A model generated the notes under the pieces. The model did no database searches. It was not told where the DNA came from and saw only the letters and a list, made by a program, of their open reading frames with translations. The translations under genes and the position numbers were made by a program. From Candidatus Parcubacteria bacterium (GTDB taxonomy: Bacteria; Patescibacteriota; Minisyncoccia; UBA6257; 2-01-FULL-56-20), in assembly GCA_027355945.1 (NCBI GenBank), contig DAIEHA010000001.1, positions 3,390 to 67,389 of the forward strand: 64,000 nt of DNA. Direction: 5' to 3'. Each line of letters starts with the position of its first letter. Positions within the stretch are counted from its first letter, which is position 1. Of this stretch, positions 18,536-27,654 are shown in pieces.

Positions 18536-19446
18536 AGGAGCAGGAGATCCCATTCATAGACGCCCATACCCACGTCCAGTTCTCGGCGTATGGCGCCCCG
18601 GGGGACCGGGATGCGGTATGCGCGCGCGCAAAGGATGCGGGGGTGCTCATGATCAATGCGGGGACCTGCCGCAGCACTTCGGCTGCCGCGGTGGCATTTG
18701 CGAACGCGCATGCGGCGGACGGCGTCTATGCCGCGATCGGGCTTCACCCCGTGCATACGGGACCGTCCTACCACGACGAGGACGAACTCGGCAGCCAGGA
18801 GGGCGGGAACGCGGAAGATGCACCCGCAGCGCGCGGCGAGGTGTTCGATTATGGATATTATAGAACGCTCGCGCTCGATCCCCGCACGGTCGCGATCGGG
18901 GAATGCGGCCTTGATTATTTCCATCTGAACGACGAAGAACCGCGCGAAATCCAGATCGCGCGGCAGAAGGATGCATTCGCGGCGCAGATGCGCCTTTCGA
19001 AGGAGTCGGGAAAGGCACTCATGATCCATTGTCGGGATGCGTTTTCCGATCTGCGCGCCATGCTGCATGCCGCAGGACCGGAAGGATATGTACCGGGAGT
19101 CGTGCATTTTTTCACGGGTACCGAGGATGATGCGCGCGATCTTCTTGCACTGGGATTTTCGTTCACGTTCGGCGGCGCGATCACGTTCCCTCCCCGCAAA
19201 GGGGCTTCCGAGGGGATGTATGACGGGAGGGTGAGATTCATCCCCGTGGACCGGATCATGTCAGAAACGGACGCGCCCTATGTGGCACCCGTTCCAGTCC
19301 GTGGAATGCGGAATGAACCGGCGTATATTCCTTTCATCGTCGCGAGGATCGCGGCGCTTAAAGGGATCTCCGCGGAGGCGATGAAGGCTGCGATCTGGGA
19401 AAATGCGCAGCGGGTCTTCGGTGTGAAGGCGCCACACGAAGCTTGA
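18532..19446 (+). CDS. tatD: TatD-family metal-dependent DNase/hydrolase
   Basis: FIDAHTHVQFSAY...IGECGLDYFH...ETDAPYV; conserved metG-tatD synteny with ATGA overlap. Confidence 0.8.
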   Translation: MKEQEIPFIDAHTHVQFSAYGAPGDRDAVCARAKDAGVLMINAGTCRSTSAAAVAFANAHAADGVYAAIGLHPVHTGPSYHDEDELGSQEGGNAEDAPAARGEVFDYGYYRTLALDPRTVAIGECGLDYFHLNDEEPREIQIARQKDAFAAQMRLSKESGKALMIHCRDAFSDLRAMLHAAGPEGYVPGVVHFFTGTEDDARDLLALGFSFTFGGAITFPPRKGASEGMYDGRVRFIPVDRIMSETDAPYVAPVPVRGMRNEPAYIPFIVARIAALKGISAEAMKAAIWENAQRVFGVKAPHEA

Positions 19447-19482
19447 TGATTTCTTGAGGAGCGGCGTGGTAATCTGCGCTCC

Positions 19483-20574
19483 GTGAGGTTCCGCGCCGCA
19501 TCAATCGCAACGATAGCGTTCCTTGCCGCTGTTGCGGTGCTTTTTGCGGTCGCGGCAGCAAGGGGAGGGGGAGTGGGAGCGGCAGTGTTTGGAGGGAGCG
19601 TGCCGAGGGGCGTACCATCCACGTCATCGTGCGATGCTGCGTGTGCGGTGTTCAGCGAGCCGGAAGCGGGCATCGCGCCGTTCATGGCGCTCGTGCGCGG
19701 TGCATCGAGTTCCCTCGATCTCGTGATGTATGAGCTTGAGGATCCTGCCGTCTTCGCCGCGCTTGCCGATGCCGCGCATCGCGGGGTCGCGGTGCGGGTC
19801 ATCCTGAACAGGAGGTTCTATTCGCCGCGAGGGGCATCGTTCGTGCGGGGGAATCCGAACGAAATGGCGTATGCGGCGCTCATGCGCGCGGATATCCCCG
19901 TGCGATGGGCGCCCCTCGGGTTCACGTATACGCATGAAAAGGCTATGGCGGTCGACGGGACGCGTCTTCTCGTCATGAGTTTCAACCTTGTTCCAAAGTA
20001 CTATCCCACCGGAAGGGATTTCGGGGTGATCGACGAGGACCCCGCAGACGTTGCAGCGATGGAAGCGGTGTTCGATGACGATTGGCACGGCGCGGCGGGA
20101 AAGAGCGGTGCCTCTGCGGCGCCAGGGGATGCGCTCGTATGGAGCCCCGGGTCGCGGGGCGCCCTCGTCGGCATGATCGCCACGGCATCGCGCACGCTCG
20201 AGGTGTATAACGAGGAAATGGCGGATGAGAAGGTGGCGGCCGCGCTCGCTGCAGCGGCGCGTCGCGGGGTCATGGTGCGGATCGTGATGACATGGGCTGC
20301 GGAATGGGTGCCGGCATGGCGCATGCTCGCCGCGGCAGGCGCGCAGGTCCGCACGTATCCCGCCGCTGCGAACGGCCGGTATATCCATGCGAAGATGATT
20401 GTGGCTGATGGCGTGCGGGCATTCGTGGGATCGGAGAACTTTTCGGCGACATCCCTCGAAGAGAACCGCGAACTCGGCGTGATGCTCGCGGTCCCACGCG
20501 GGATCGGGGTGCTCCGCGCGGCATTCGAAGGAGACTGGAATGCCGCGCAGCCGTTCACCCGAAGGGGCGGGTAA
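19483..20574 (+). CDS. Phospholipase D-superfamily protein with two HKD motifs and N-terminal signal anchor
   Basis: GTG start; hydrophobic N-terminus IATIAFLAAVAVLFAVAAA; HKD motifs THEKAMAVD and IHAKMIVADGVRAFVGSENFS. Confidence 0.7.
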   Translation: MRFRAASIATIAFLAAVAVLFAVAAARGGGVGAAVFGGSVPRGVPSTSSCDAACAVFSEPEAGIAPFMALVRGASSSLDLVMYELEDPAVFAALADAAHRGVAVRVILNRRFYSPRGASFVRGNPNEMAYAALMRADIPVRWAPLGFTYTHEKAMAVDGTRLLVMSFNLVPKYYPTGRDFGVIDEDPADVAAMEAVFDDDWHGAAGKSGASAAPGDALVWSPGSRGALVGMIATASRTLEVYNEEMADEKVAAALAAAARRGVMVRIVMTWAAEWVPAWRMLAAAGAQVRTYPAAANGRYIHAKMIVADGVRAFVGSENFSATSLEENRELGVMLAVPRGIGVLRAAFEGDWNAAQPFTRRGG

Positions 20575-20614
20575 TGTTGAGAAAACGGGGCATGCAGCGT
20601 AGAATGGGTCCTAT

Positions 20615-23119
20615 ATGGAACGCTATGATCCCGGGGAGATAGAAAGGAAATGGCAGGAGCGGTGGCGCGAGGAGAAGGTGTTCGCCGCGCGCGACGATTC
20701 GCCGAAACCGAAATATTACGCGCTCGTGGAATTCCCGTATCCTTCCGGGGACGGGCTTCACACGGGCCACGTGCGGAGTTATACGGCGATGGACATCATC
20801 GCGCGCAAGCGTCGCATGGAAGGATATAACGTCCTGTATCCGATAGGATGGGATGCATTCGGGCTTCCCACCGAGAATTACGCGATCAAGACGGGGACCC
20901 ATCCGAAGGTGGTGACGAAGAGGAATACTGATACGTTCAGGCGACAGCTGCAATCGCTCGGGTTCTCCTTTGACTGGGACCGGGAGGTGAACACCACCGA
21001 CCCCGGCTATTACCGCTGGACGCAATGGATCTTCCTGCAATTCTATAAGAAAGGGCTCGCCTACAAGGAGAAGATGCCCATCAACTGGTGCCCTTCGTGC
21101 AAGATAGGACTTGCGAACGAAGAGGTGGTTTCCGGAAAATGCGAGCGATGCGGTACGCCTGTCGAACGGCGGGAGAAGGAGCAATGGATGCTCGCGATCA
21201 CGAAGTATGCCGACCGTCTGCTTGCCGACCTGGATACCGTGGACTACCTCGAGAAGATAAAGACCCAGCAGATGAACTGGATCGGCAGATCGGAGGGTGC
21301 CGAGATCGATTTTGCCATCGCGGACGCGGAGGGCGGCGCGAAGCTCACCGTATTCACGACGCGTCCGGACACGCTCTTCGGTGCGACATACATGGTGATC
21401 GCGCCGGAGCACCCGCTCATGCATGCACTGAGCGGCCTCATTGAGAACCGTGCGGAGGTCGCGGCATATGTCAAAAAAGTTTCGGCGAACACCGAAGAGG
21501 AGCGTCTTGCGGAGGGAAAGGAGAAGACGGGCGTGGAATTGAAGGGGGTCATGGCGATCAATCCTGCGACAAAGGAGAAGATCCCCGTTTTCACGGCGGA
21601 CTATGTGCTCGCATCGTATGGTACGGGCGCCATCATGGCGGTGCCGGCGCACGACGAGCGCGATTTTGCGTTCGCGAAAAAGTTCGGCATGCCGATCCGG
21701 CAGGTCATTGCACCCCGTTCCGCAGACCCTCAAACGGCGCTGCGGCAGGAAGAAGGGTCTGCGAGGGGAAGCGGCGTGGAGATCCCCTATACGGGGGACG
21801 GCATTCTCATGGATTCAGGGCCATTCGATGGCATGGATTCGGAGGAGGCGAAAAAGGGGATCGTGAACGCGGTCGGCGGCCGTATGAAGACGCAGTTCCA
21901 TCTCCGTGACTGGGTCTTTTCACGCCAGCATTACTGGGGAGAGCCGATCCCGATCGTGTTCTGCGAAAAGGATGGCATGGTGCCGGTCCCGGAGGAAGAC
22001 CTGCCGGTGCGGCTTCCGGACATCGAAAAATACCAGCCGACGGACACAGGCGAGTCGCCGCTTGCGGCGATCGGCGATTGGGTGAACGTCGCCTGTCCGA
22101 AGTGCGGGGGTCCCGCGCGGCGCGAAACGGACACGATGCCGAACTGGGCGGGTTCGAGCTGGTATTTCCTCCGCTATATCGATCCGAGGAACGACGCGAT
22201 GTTCGCTGCGCCGGAGAAGCTCAAGCATTGGATGCAGGTGGATTGGTACAACGGGGGCATGGAGCATACGACGCTCCATCTCCTCTATTCCCGTTTTTGG
22301 AACAAGTTCCTGTACGATCTCGGCGTGGTGCCCGTGAGCGAGCCGTATATGAAGCGGACCTCGCAGGGCATGGTGCTCGGGAAGGGGGGCGATAAGATGT
22401 CGAAGTCCAAAGGCAACGTCGTGAATCCCGATTCGGTCGTGGCGGAGTTCGGGGCGGATACGCTTCGTGTGTACGAGATGTTCATGGGGCCGTTCGATCA
22501 AGCGATCCCGTGGGACGATAAGGCGATCCAAGGCGCCGCTCGGTTCCTTGAGCGTTTTTGGAGATATGCAGGCGATATGATAGGAGCGAGGGCGCAGGCA
22601 CAGGAGCACCGCGAAGGGGCTGCGGAAGGAAGGAAACGTTCATTGCTCCATCGTACGATCAAAAAAGTGGGAGATGATATCGAGGCGATGAAATTCAATA
22701 CGGCGATCTCGAGCCTGATGATCCTCCTTAACGAGCTCACCGATGCCGAAGGAAGGAGCGATGCGGTGGTGGCGCTCACCGATGCCGACCTCGTCGCGCT
22801 CGTGAAGATCCTCAATCCTTTTGCGCCGCATATGGCACAGGAGCTCTGGTCCCGCATGCCGGAGGGCCTTCATGCGGGCTATCTCGATTTCGCGGCATGG
22901 CCCACGTACGATCCGGCGCTCGCCGCGGAGGACGAGGTCACGCTCGTATTCCAGGTTGATGGCAGGGTGCGTGACACGGTCCGCGTGGCCCGGGGCATGG
23001 AGGAGGCTGCTGCGAAGGACCTGGCGCTTGCGAATGGAAAGGTGCGTGCAGCGCTCGCGGGAAGGGAGCCCACGCGAGTGATCTGGGTGAAGGACAAGCT
23101 CGTGAACGTCGTCGCGTGA
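20615..23119 (+). CDS. leuS: Leucyl-tRNA synthetase
   Basis: YALVEFPYPSGDGLHTGHVRSYTAMD...DKMSKSKGNVVNP; 834 aa. Confidence 0.93.
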   Translation: MERYDPGEIERKWQERWREEKVFAARDDSPKPKYYALVEFPYPSGDGLHTGHVRSYTAMDIIARKRRMEGYNVLYPIGWDAFGLPTENYAIKTGTHPKVVTKRNTDTFRRQLQSLGFSFDWDREVNTTDPGYYRWTQWIFLQFYKKGLAYKEKMPINWCPSCKIGLANEEVVSGKCERCGTPVERREKEQWMLAITKYADRLLADLDTVDYLEKIKTQQMNWIGRSEGAEIDFAIADAEGGAKLTVFTTRPDTLFGATYMVIAPEHPLMHALSGLIENRAEVAAYVKKVSANTEEERLAEGKEKTGVELKGVMAINPATKEKIPVFTADYVLASYGTGAIMAVPAHDERDFAFAKKFGMPIRQVIAPRSADPQTALRQEEGSARGSGVEIPYTGDGILMDSGPFDGMDSEEAKKGIVNAVGGRMKTQFHLRDWVFSRQHYWGEPIPIVFCEKDGMVPVPEEDLPVRLPDIEKYQPTDTGESPLAAIGDWVNVACPKCGGPARRETDTMPNWAGSSWYFLRYIDPRNDAMFAAPEKLKHWMQVDWYNGGMEHTTLHLLYSRFWNKFLYDLGVVPVSEPYMKRTSQGMVLGKGGDKMSKSKGNVVNPDSVVAEFGADTLRVYEMFMGPFDQAIPWDDKAIQGAARFLERFWRYAGDMIGARAQAQEHREGAAEGRKRSLLHRTIKKVGDDIEAMKFNTAISSLMILLNELTDAEGRSDAVVALTDADLVALVKILNPFAPHMAQELWSRMPEGLHAGYLDFAAWPTYDPALAAEDEVTLVFQVDGRVRDTVRVARGMEEAAAKDLALANGKVRAALAGREPTRVIWVKDKLVNVVA

Positions 23120-23152
23120 TGGCGCATCTGGTATCATGAATACAATACCCCT

Positions 23153-24112
23153 ATGTACGCGAAGATCGTGATCATCGTGCTTGTCGTGATGGCGCTCGGA
23201 GCCGGACTCTTCCTGTACCACGGACTCACGTCCGGGGGCATACGGGTCCCCTCGTTCTCATTCCCGAGCTCGTCGCAATTCAGCCTGATCCCGTCGCGGA
23301 CGGGGCCGGTGCTTCCCGCGATCCCGGCGGGGACGACCACGATCTCGAGCGGGGGAACGTATATCTCGGGAACTCCCGGGTCGGGCGGGGGGGCGCAGAG
23401 CCTCATTGTGAATACGAGCACGATCCCCGCGTCCGAGATCCCGGCGGGATGGACCGCGTCGAACCTCTCGCCGTATTTCCACGAGATACGTCTGGGAGGG
23501 GTATCTGCGGGAAGCTATTATTACTACGGGACCATTTCGCTTTACGCCTATTTCCCGTATCAGGCGACCGGAACGATCGACATCACGGGATGGCAGATCA
23601 AGACGCGGGGGAGCGGGGAGTACATCCCCCAGGCGATCGCCGTATACGATCCCTCGGGGCTCACGGCGCCGTCCGATATCCGCGTCGCGAACGGAGATAC
23701 GGTATATCTCTATTCATCCTCGGCGCCGTTCAATCTCCGCCTCAATGAATGCATCGGCTATGTCGCGAATATGGCGAATTTCCGTCCTGCGCTCCCCGCG
23801 AATTGTCCGCAGGTGGATGAATCAAGGATCGTGAATTTCACGGGGGGGTGCCAGGCGTATCTTCAGTCGTTCGCAGGCTGTTCGCAGCCTACGTTGCCCA
23901 ACCCCCTTGTGCCGCCCACCGATTACGCCTGCCAGGATTTCATCCGCAATAATTTCAACTATAAGTCGTGCTTCGAAGCGCATATCGCCGACCCCAACTT
24001 CTTGAGCAATCAGGTATGGGTATGGACGGGAAGCAATGTGGTGAACCAGTATCACGACACCGTGGACCTGCTCGATAGGAACGGCCTCCTTGTGGACCAG
24101 TATTCATATTAG
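23153..24112 (+). CDS. Secreted/membrane-anchored hypothetical protein with Cys-rich C-terminal region
   Basis: N-terminal TM segment IVIIVLVVMALGAGLFLY, an S/T/G-rich segment, then 8 Cys (NECIGY...NCPQVD...GGCQAYLQSFAGCSQP...YACQDF...KSCFEAH). Confidence 0.5.
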   Translation: MYAKIVIIVLVVMALGAGLFLYHGLTSGGIRVPSFSFPSSSQFSLIPSRTGPVLPAIPAGTTTISSGGTYISGTPGSGGGAQSLIVNTSTIPASEIPAGWTASNLSPYFHEIRLGGVSAGSYYYYGTISLYAYFPYQATGTIDITGWQIKTRGSGEYIPQAIAVYDPSGLTAPSDIRVANGDTVYLYSSSAPFNLRLNECIGYVANMANFRPALPANCPQVDESRIVNFTGGCQAYLQSFAGCSQPTLPNPLVPPTDYACQDFIRNNFNYKSCFEAHIADPNFLSNQVWVWTGSNVVNQYHDTVDLLDRNGLLVDQYSY

Positions 24113-24195
24113 GATGATCGAACGGCGCCGCCGAGGGGCCGTTCCGCGGACGACATGCGCCATCCCGCGTCCCGCAGTGACGGGTTCCGCATCCG

Positions 24196-25275
24196 CTACT
24201 TCCGTTCGGTGAGGAGGAGTTTTACGGGGATCTGCGTCCCTTTTCTCAGGATGACGAGATGCACCTCGTCGCCGACGTTCATGGTCTCGAGATAATCCTG
24301 GATAGGATGGTCACGGTCGAGCTTCGCGCCGTTCATCTCAAGGACGATATCCATCTCCCGTATGCCTGCCTTTTCCGCGGGACTCCCCGCCACTACCGCG
24401 GGATCATGGGGCCCTTCGGAAAGCACGAGTGCGCCGTAATCCATGGGAAGCCTCATTTTTGCCTTGAGGTCCTTGTCCACCATGACGTAGCGCACGCCGA
24501 GAAGCGGCCGCCGGATGCGGCCCCAGCGCTTCAGGTCGGCAAGATCGCGCCGGGCGGCGTTCACGGGGATGGCGAATCCTATGGACTGAGCGCCGGAAAC
24601 GATGGCGGCATTCACGCCGACCACGCGTCCGTTGCGGTCGAGGATGGGCCCTCCTGAATTGCCGGGATTGATCGCGGCATCGGTCTGGATGAGGCCGCGC
24701 ATTTCCTGCGGGGGCGCTTCGGGATCCGCCTGCGCGGTGATCGCGCGCGAGAGGCCCGAGACGATGCCCACGGAGACCGTGTTCCTGAAGATGCCGAGTG
24801 CGTTGCCTATCGCGATAAGGGATTGCCCGAGCTCGAGGCGCGATGCATCGCCGAGCGGAAGACAGGGGAGCCGGTTCGCGGGGATTTTGAGGATGGCCAC
24901 ATCGTTGATGGGGTCGCGGCTCAGGATCTCCGCAGTGAAGGTGCGGCCGTCGGAAAGGATCACGGTATATTCCGCATCAGGCTCGTTCACGACGTGCTTG
25001 TTCGTCATCACAAGGCCACCGGGATCCACGATGAAGCCGGAACCGCCTCCCACCTGTACCATGCCATGGGCATCGGCCATGTCGTCGGGGAGCATGATCC
25101 TGGATGCGGCTCCCGGCGCGGGTCCTCTGGTAGGATGCGCGGGATGGCCGGGGAGCCCGGAATAATATTCCTTCGGGATATCCTTTTCGATATCCTTCAG
25201 ATGTTTTGATATTGCGATCGAAACCACGGCGGGCATCGCATGCCGCACTATTTTTATGACGCGTGCATCCTCCAT
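24196..25275 (-). CDS. HtrA/DegP-family serine protease with PDZ domain
   Basis: ...VMTNKHVV..., GNSGGPILDRNGRVVGVNAAIV, then a C-terminal PDZ domain. The ATG lies 4 nt after the upstream methyltransferase stop. Confidence 0.85.
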   Translation of the reverse strand: MEDARVIKIVRHAMPAVVSIAISKHLKDIEKDIPKEYYSGLPGHPAHPTRGPAPGAASRIMLPDDMADAHGMVQVGGGSGFIVDPGGLVMTNKHVVNEPDAEYTVILSDGRTFTAEILSRDPINDVAILKIPANRLPCLPLGDASRLELGQSLIAIGNALGIFRNTVSVGIVSGLSRAITAQADPEAPPQEMRGLIQTDAAINPGNSGGPILDRNGRVVGVNAAIVSGAQSIGFAIPVNAARRDLADLKRWGRIRRPLLGVRYVMVDKDLKAKMRLPMDYGALVLSEGPHDPAVVAGSPAEKAGIREMDIVLEMNGAKLDRDHPIQDYLETMNVGDEVHLVILRKGTQIPVKLLLTERK

Positions 25276-25279
25276 AGGA

Positions 25280-26215
25280 TCATTTTACCACGAAGCGCGC
25301 ATAGATTCCCGAAGGAACGGCGCGTCCGGTGCCCTGCTCTTCGATATGAAGCTCGCCATACTCGCCGTGTACCTTTTTTGCGATACCGGGGAACGATCCT
25401 TCGACGACCTGGAGGAGCGAGAGAGGGGCATAGCCTGCGGCGTAGCCATTGAGGAGGAGGAAGGCGCCCGTCCGCGATGAGGAGAGGAGCGTCGCGCAGA
25501 CATCGAGGATCTTGGGAAGATGCTCTTCGATGCGGAATACCTCGCCTTTTGCCCCGCGTCCGAATGCGGGCGGGTCGAGGATGATGCCATCGTATACCGC
25601 ACCCCTGCGCACCTCGCGCTCGGCGAACTTCAGTGCGTCGTCGGTGATCCAGCGGATGCCCCCTTCGCGTTCGTCGCCGCGGTCGATCCCGGATGCCCGC
25701 GCATTCTCATGGGCCCAGGTGTTGCTCTGTTTCGATGCGTCGCAGTGGGTGACGTCCGCGCCGTATGCGGCGGCGGCCATGCTCGCGATGCCGGTATATC
25801 CGAAAAGATTGAGGATGCGGGGGGCTCCTTTTTGCTGGCTGCGGAGCACGCGCGTGCGCTCCGCGATCCATTCCCAGTTCACCGCTTGTTCGGGGAAGAT
25901 CCCGGTGTGTTTGAAGGAGGTGAGCCGCGCCGTGAAACGCAGACCGTTCCATGACATCTCCCAGGAATCCGGCATGGAGGCGTTCCGCGTGCGCCAGCCG
26001 CCGCCCCTGCCCTTCGGTCCGCCTTCGCCGCCCTCGCCGAAACGGAACTCGGCATCGGCACGCTTCCATTCTGCGGGACGCGACGGCCGCCATAATGCCT
26101 GTGTTTCGGGCCGTATGAGAACGTAGCTCCCATACCGTTCGAGCTTGCGGTTATCGCCGGAATCGATGAGTTCGTAATCAGGCCATCCGTGTACCGGAAG
26201 ATCGAGGCGTTCCAT
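25280..26215 (-). CDS. Class I SAM-dependent RNA methyltransferase (RlmI/RlmK-like)
   Basis: ILNLFGYTGIASMAAAAYGADVTHCDASKQ...ILDPPAFGRG, the Rossmann MTase motifs. Confidence 0.65.
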   Translation of the reverse strand: MERLDLPVHGWPDYELIDSGDNRKLERYGSYVLIRPETQALWRPSRPAEWKRADAEFRFGEGGEGGPKGRGGGWRTRNASMPDSWEMSWNGLRFTARLTSFKHTGIFPEQAVNWEWIAERTRVLRSQQKGAPRILNLFGYTGIASMAAAAYGADVTHCDASKQSNTWAHENARASGIDRGDEREGGIRWITDDALKFAEREVRRGAVYDGIILDPPAFGRGAKGEVFRIEEHLPKILDVCATLLSSSRTGAFLLLNGYAAGYAPLSLLQVVEGSFPGIAKKVHGEYGELHIEEQGTGRAVPSGIYARFVVK

Positions 26216-26242
26216 GGGAGGGAGGGGATCGTTGGATTTCTG

Positions 26243-27178
26243 TTATTCGCGGCCGGATGCATCGCCTGCTGCCGGAGGGTGTGCGACGCTCCATTGATAG
26301 AGGACGACGGCGGCGCTCACGGATGCATTGAGGGATTCGGCTCTTGGGTCCATGGGTATGCGGAGGCGCACATCGCAGCGGGCGAGCGTCTTTTCGCGGA
26401 TACCCTCGCCTTCGTTGCCGACGATGACGAGCGCGGGACTGCGGAACGGCTCATCCATGACATTCATATCGCCGTGCATCACGAGGCCATAGACCGTGAA
26501 TCCCTCGCTTTTCAGTGCGTCCACCGCCTGGTTCACATTGCCGATCGCGACGAGCGGTACACGGAAGGCCATGCCGGCGGATGTCTTCACGACAGTGCCC
26601 GTGATCGGCGCCTGGTTGTGCGAGGGGATGAGCACCCCTGCCGCGCCGAACGCGGCGGCCGAGCGGATGACCGCACCGACGTTATGGGGGTCGGTGAGTT
26701 CATCGAGAAGGACCACCAGCGTATCCGCGCCTACCGCGTGGCGCCCGCCGTCGGTGAGCGATTCGAGGAAACGGTCGAAGGATGTCATAAGCGACCCCGT
26801 GTGGAGGATCGCGATCGCACCCTGATGCGCGGTGTCGCGGCCGACCATCTGTCCTGCATCGCCGGACCGGAGTGCGCCGGCTTCGATCCCGTGGTGTTTG
26901 ACGAGCGCACGAAGCTCGGCATCGTCCATGTCGGGGATGAGGAATACGCGCCGGACGGCTTGAGGCGCATACGCAAGCGCCTCCCGGAGCGCATGCTTGC
27001 CGTAGATATACACCTTCTCCCCGTTCCCGTTCGATCGCGGCGCGGCGACCGGCATGTGCATCGAGGGTCTTCTGCCGGTCCTGCTGCCGCTTCCGCGGGC
27101 GTGCGAACTCCGCCTTCCCTGGCGGTTGGGTCGTTTGCTCGGATGATGATGGGAACCGTGCCGCTCGCGCCGTCTCAT
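26243..27178 (-). CDS. rlmB: 23S rRNA 2'-O-methyltransferase, SpoU/TrmH family (RlmB-like) with Arg-rich N-terminus
   Basis: The sequence contains LDELTDPHNVGAVIRSAAAFGAAGV..., VIVGNEGEGI and ...SLNASVSAAVVLYQ. Start taken at ATG 27178 (alternative 27061); the ORF upstream of 27178 looks non-coding. Confidence 0.75.
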   Translation of the reverse strand: MRRRERHGSHHHPSKRPNRQGRRSSHARGSGSRTGRRPSMHMPVAAPRSNGNGEKVYIYGKHALREALAYAPQAVRRVFLIPDMDDAELRALVKHHGIEAGALRSGDAGQMVGRDTAHQGAIAILHTGSLMTSFDRFLESLTDGGRHAVGADTLVVLLDELTDPHNVGAVIRSAAAFGAAGVLIPSHNQAPITGTVVKTSAGMAFRVPLVAIGNVNQAVDALKSEGFTVYGLVMHGDMNVMDEPFRSPALVIVGNEGEGIREKTLARCDVRLRIPMDPRAESLNASVSAAVVLYQWSVAHPPAAGDASGRE

Positions 27179-27345
27179 AATGCCCTTATTCTGCGCCAAA
27201 ACCGCCGTTATCGCAAATCGCGGCGGCCTTCGAGCGCCCGGGTACGACAGGAAGAATCCACAGGAGATCCACAGCGGGCCGCGGAGAGGTATGCTATAGT
27301 GGAACCACGCAGCGGCGGGTTGTCCCCGAAAAGTGGGGACAACGC

Positions 27346-27654
27346 TTGCGGCACCGAACCACAGCGATGCATACGACGACAAAGCTCACTCCCGTCATGC
27401 GGAAGGAGGTCTATCGAAAATGGAAAAAGAGCGGCACGTCGCTCCGGGACCTGGGGCGCGAATATCACGTGGATAAGAAGGTGATCCAGCGCATCATCAC
27501 CCGCGGGAGTGCAGGCGATTTTTCGGTGCATACAAGCGTGAATACGCGCTATCTTCCGAAGACGCGCGCCAAGTCCGCCGGGAAGGCCGCGCGGAAGACG
27601 CCGGCAACGGGGAGGCGTACGCCGGTACGAAAAGTGAACGCACGAAGATCATGA
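27346..27654 (+). CDS. Small basic HTH-like protein (hypothetical regulator)
   Basis: ...MRKEVYRKWKKSGTSLRDLGREYHVDKKVIQRII followed by a K/R-rich tail. Start ambiguous (TTG 27346, ATG 27367 or 27397). The stop overlaps the start of the next gene (ATGA). Confidence 0.45.
   Translation: MRHRTTAMHTTTKLTPVMRKEVYRKWKKSGTSLRDLGREYHVDKKVIQRIITRGSAGDFSVHTSVNTRYLPKTRAKSAGKAARKTPATGRRTPVRKVNARRS

Noticed and set aside
27346-27654. IS3-family insertion sequence (OrfA-like HTH)
   Set aside because: Only a small HTH-like protein is present, with no OrfB/DDE transposase, no inverted terminal repeats and no target-site duplication. It is translationally coupled to a surface-protein gene, so it is treated as a regulator instead.
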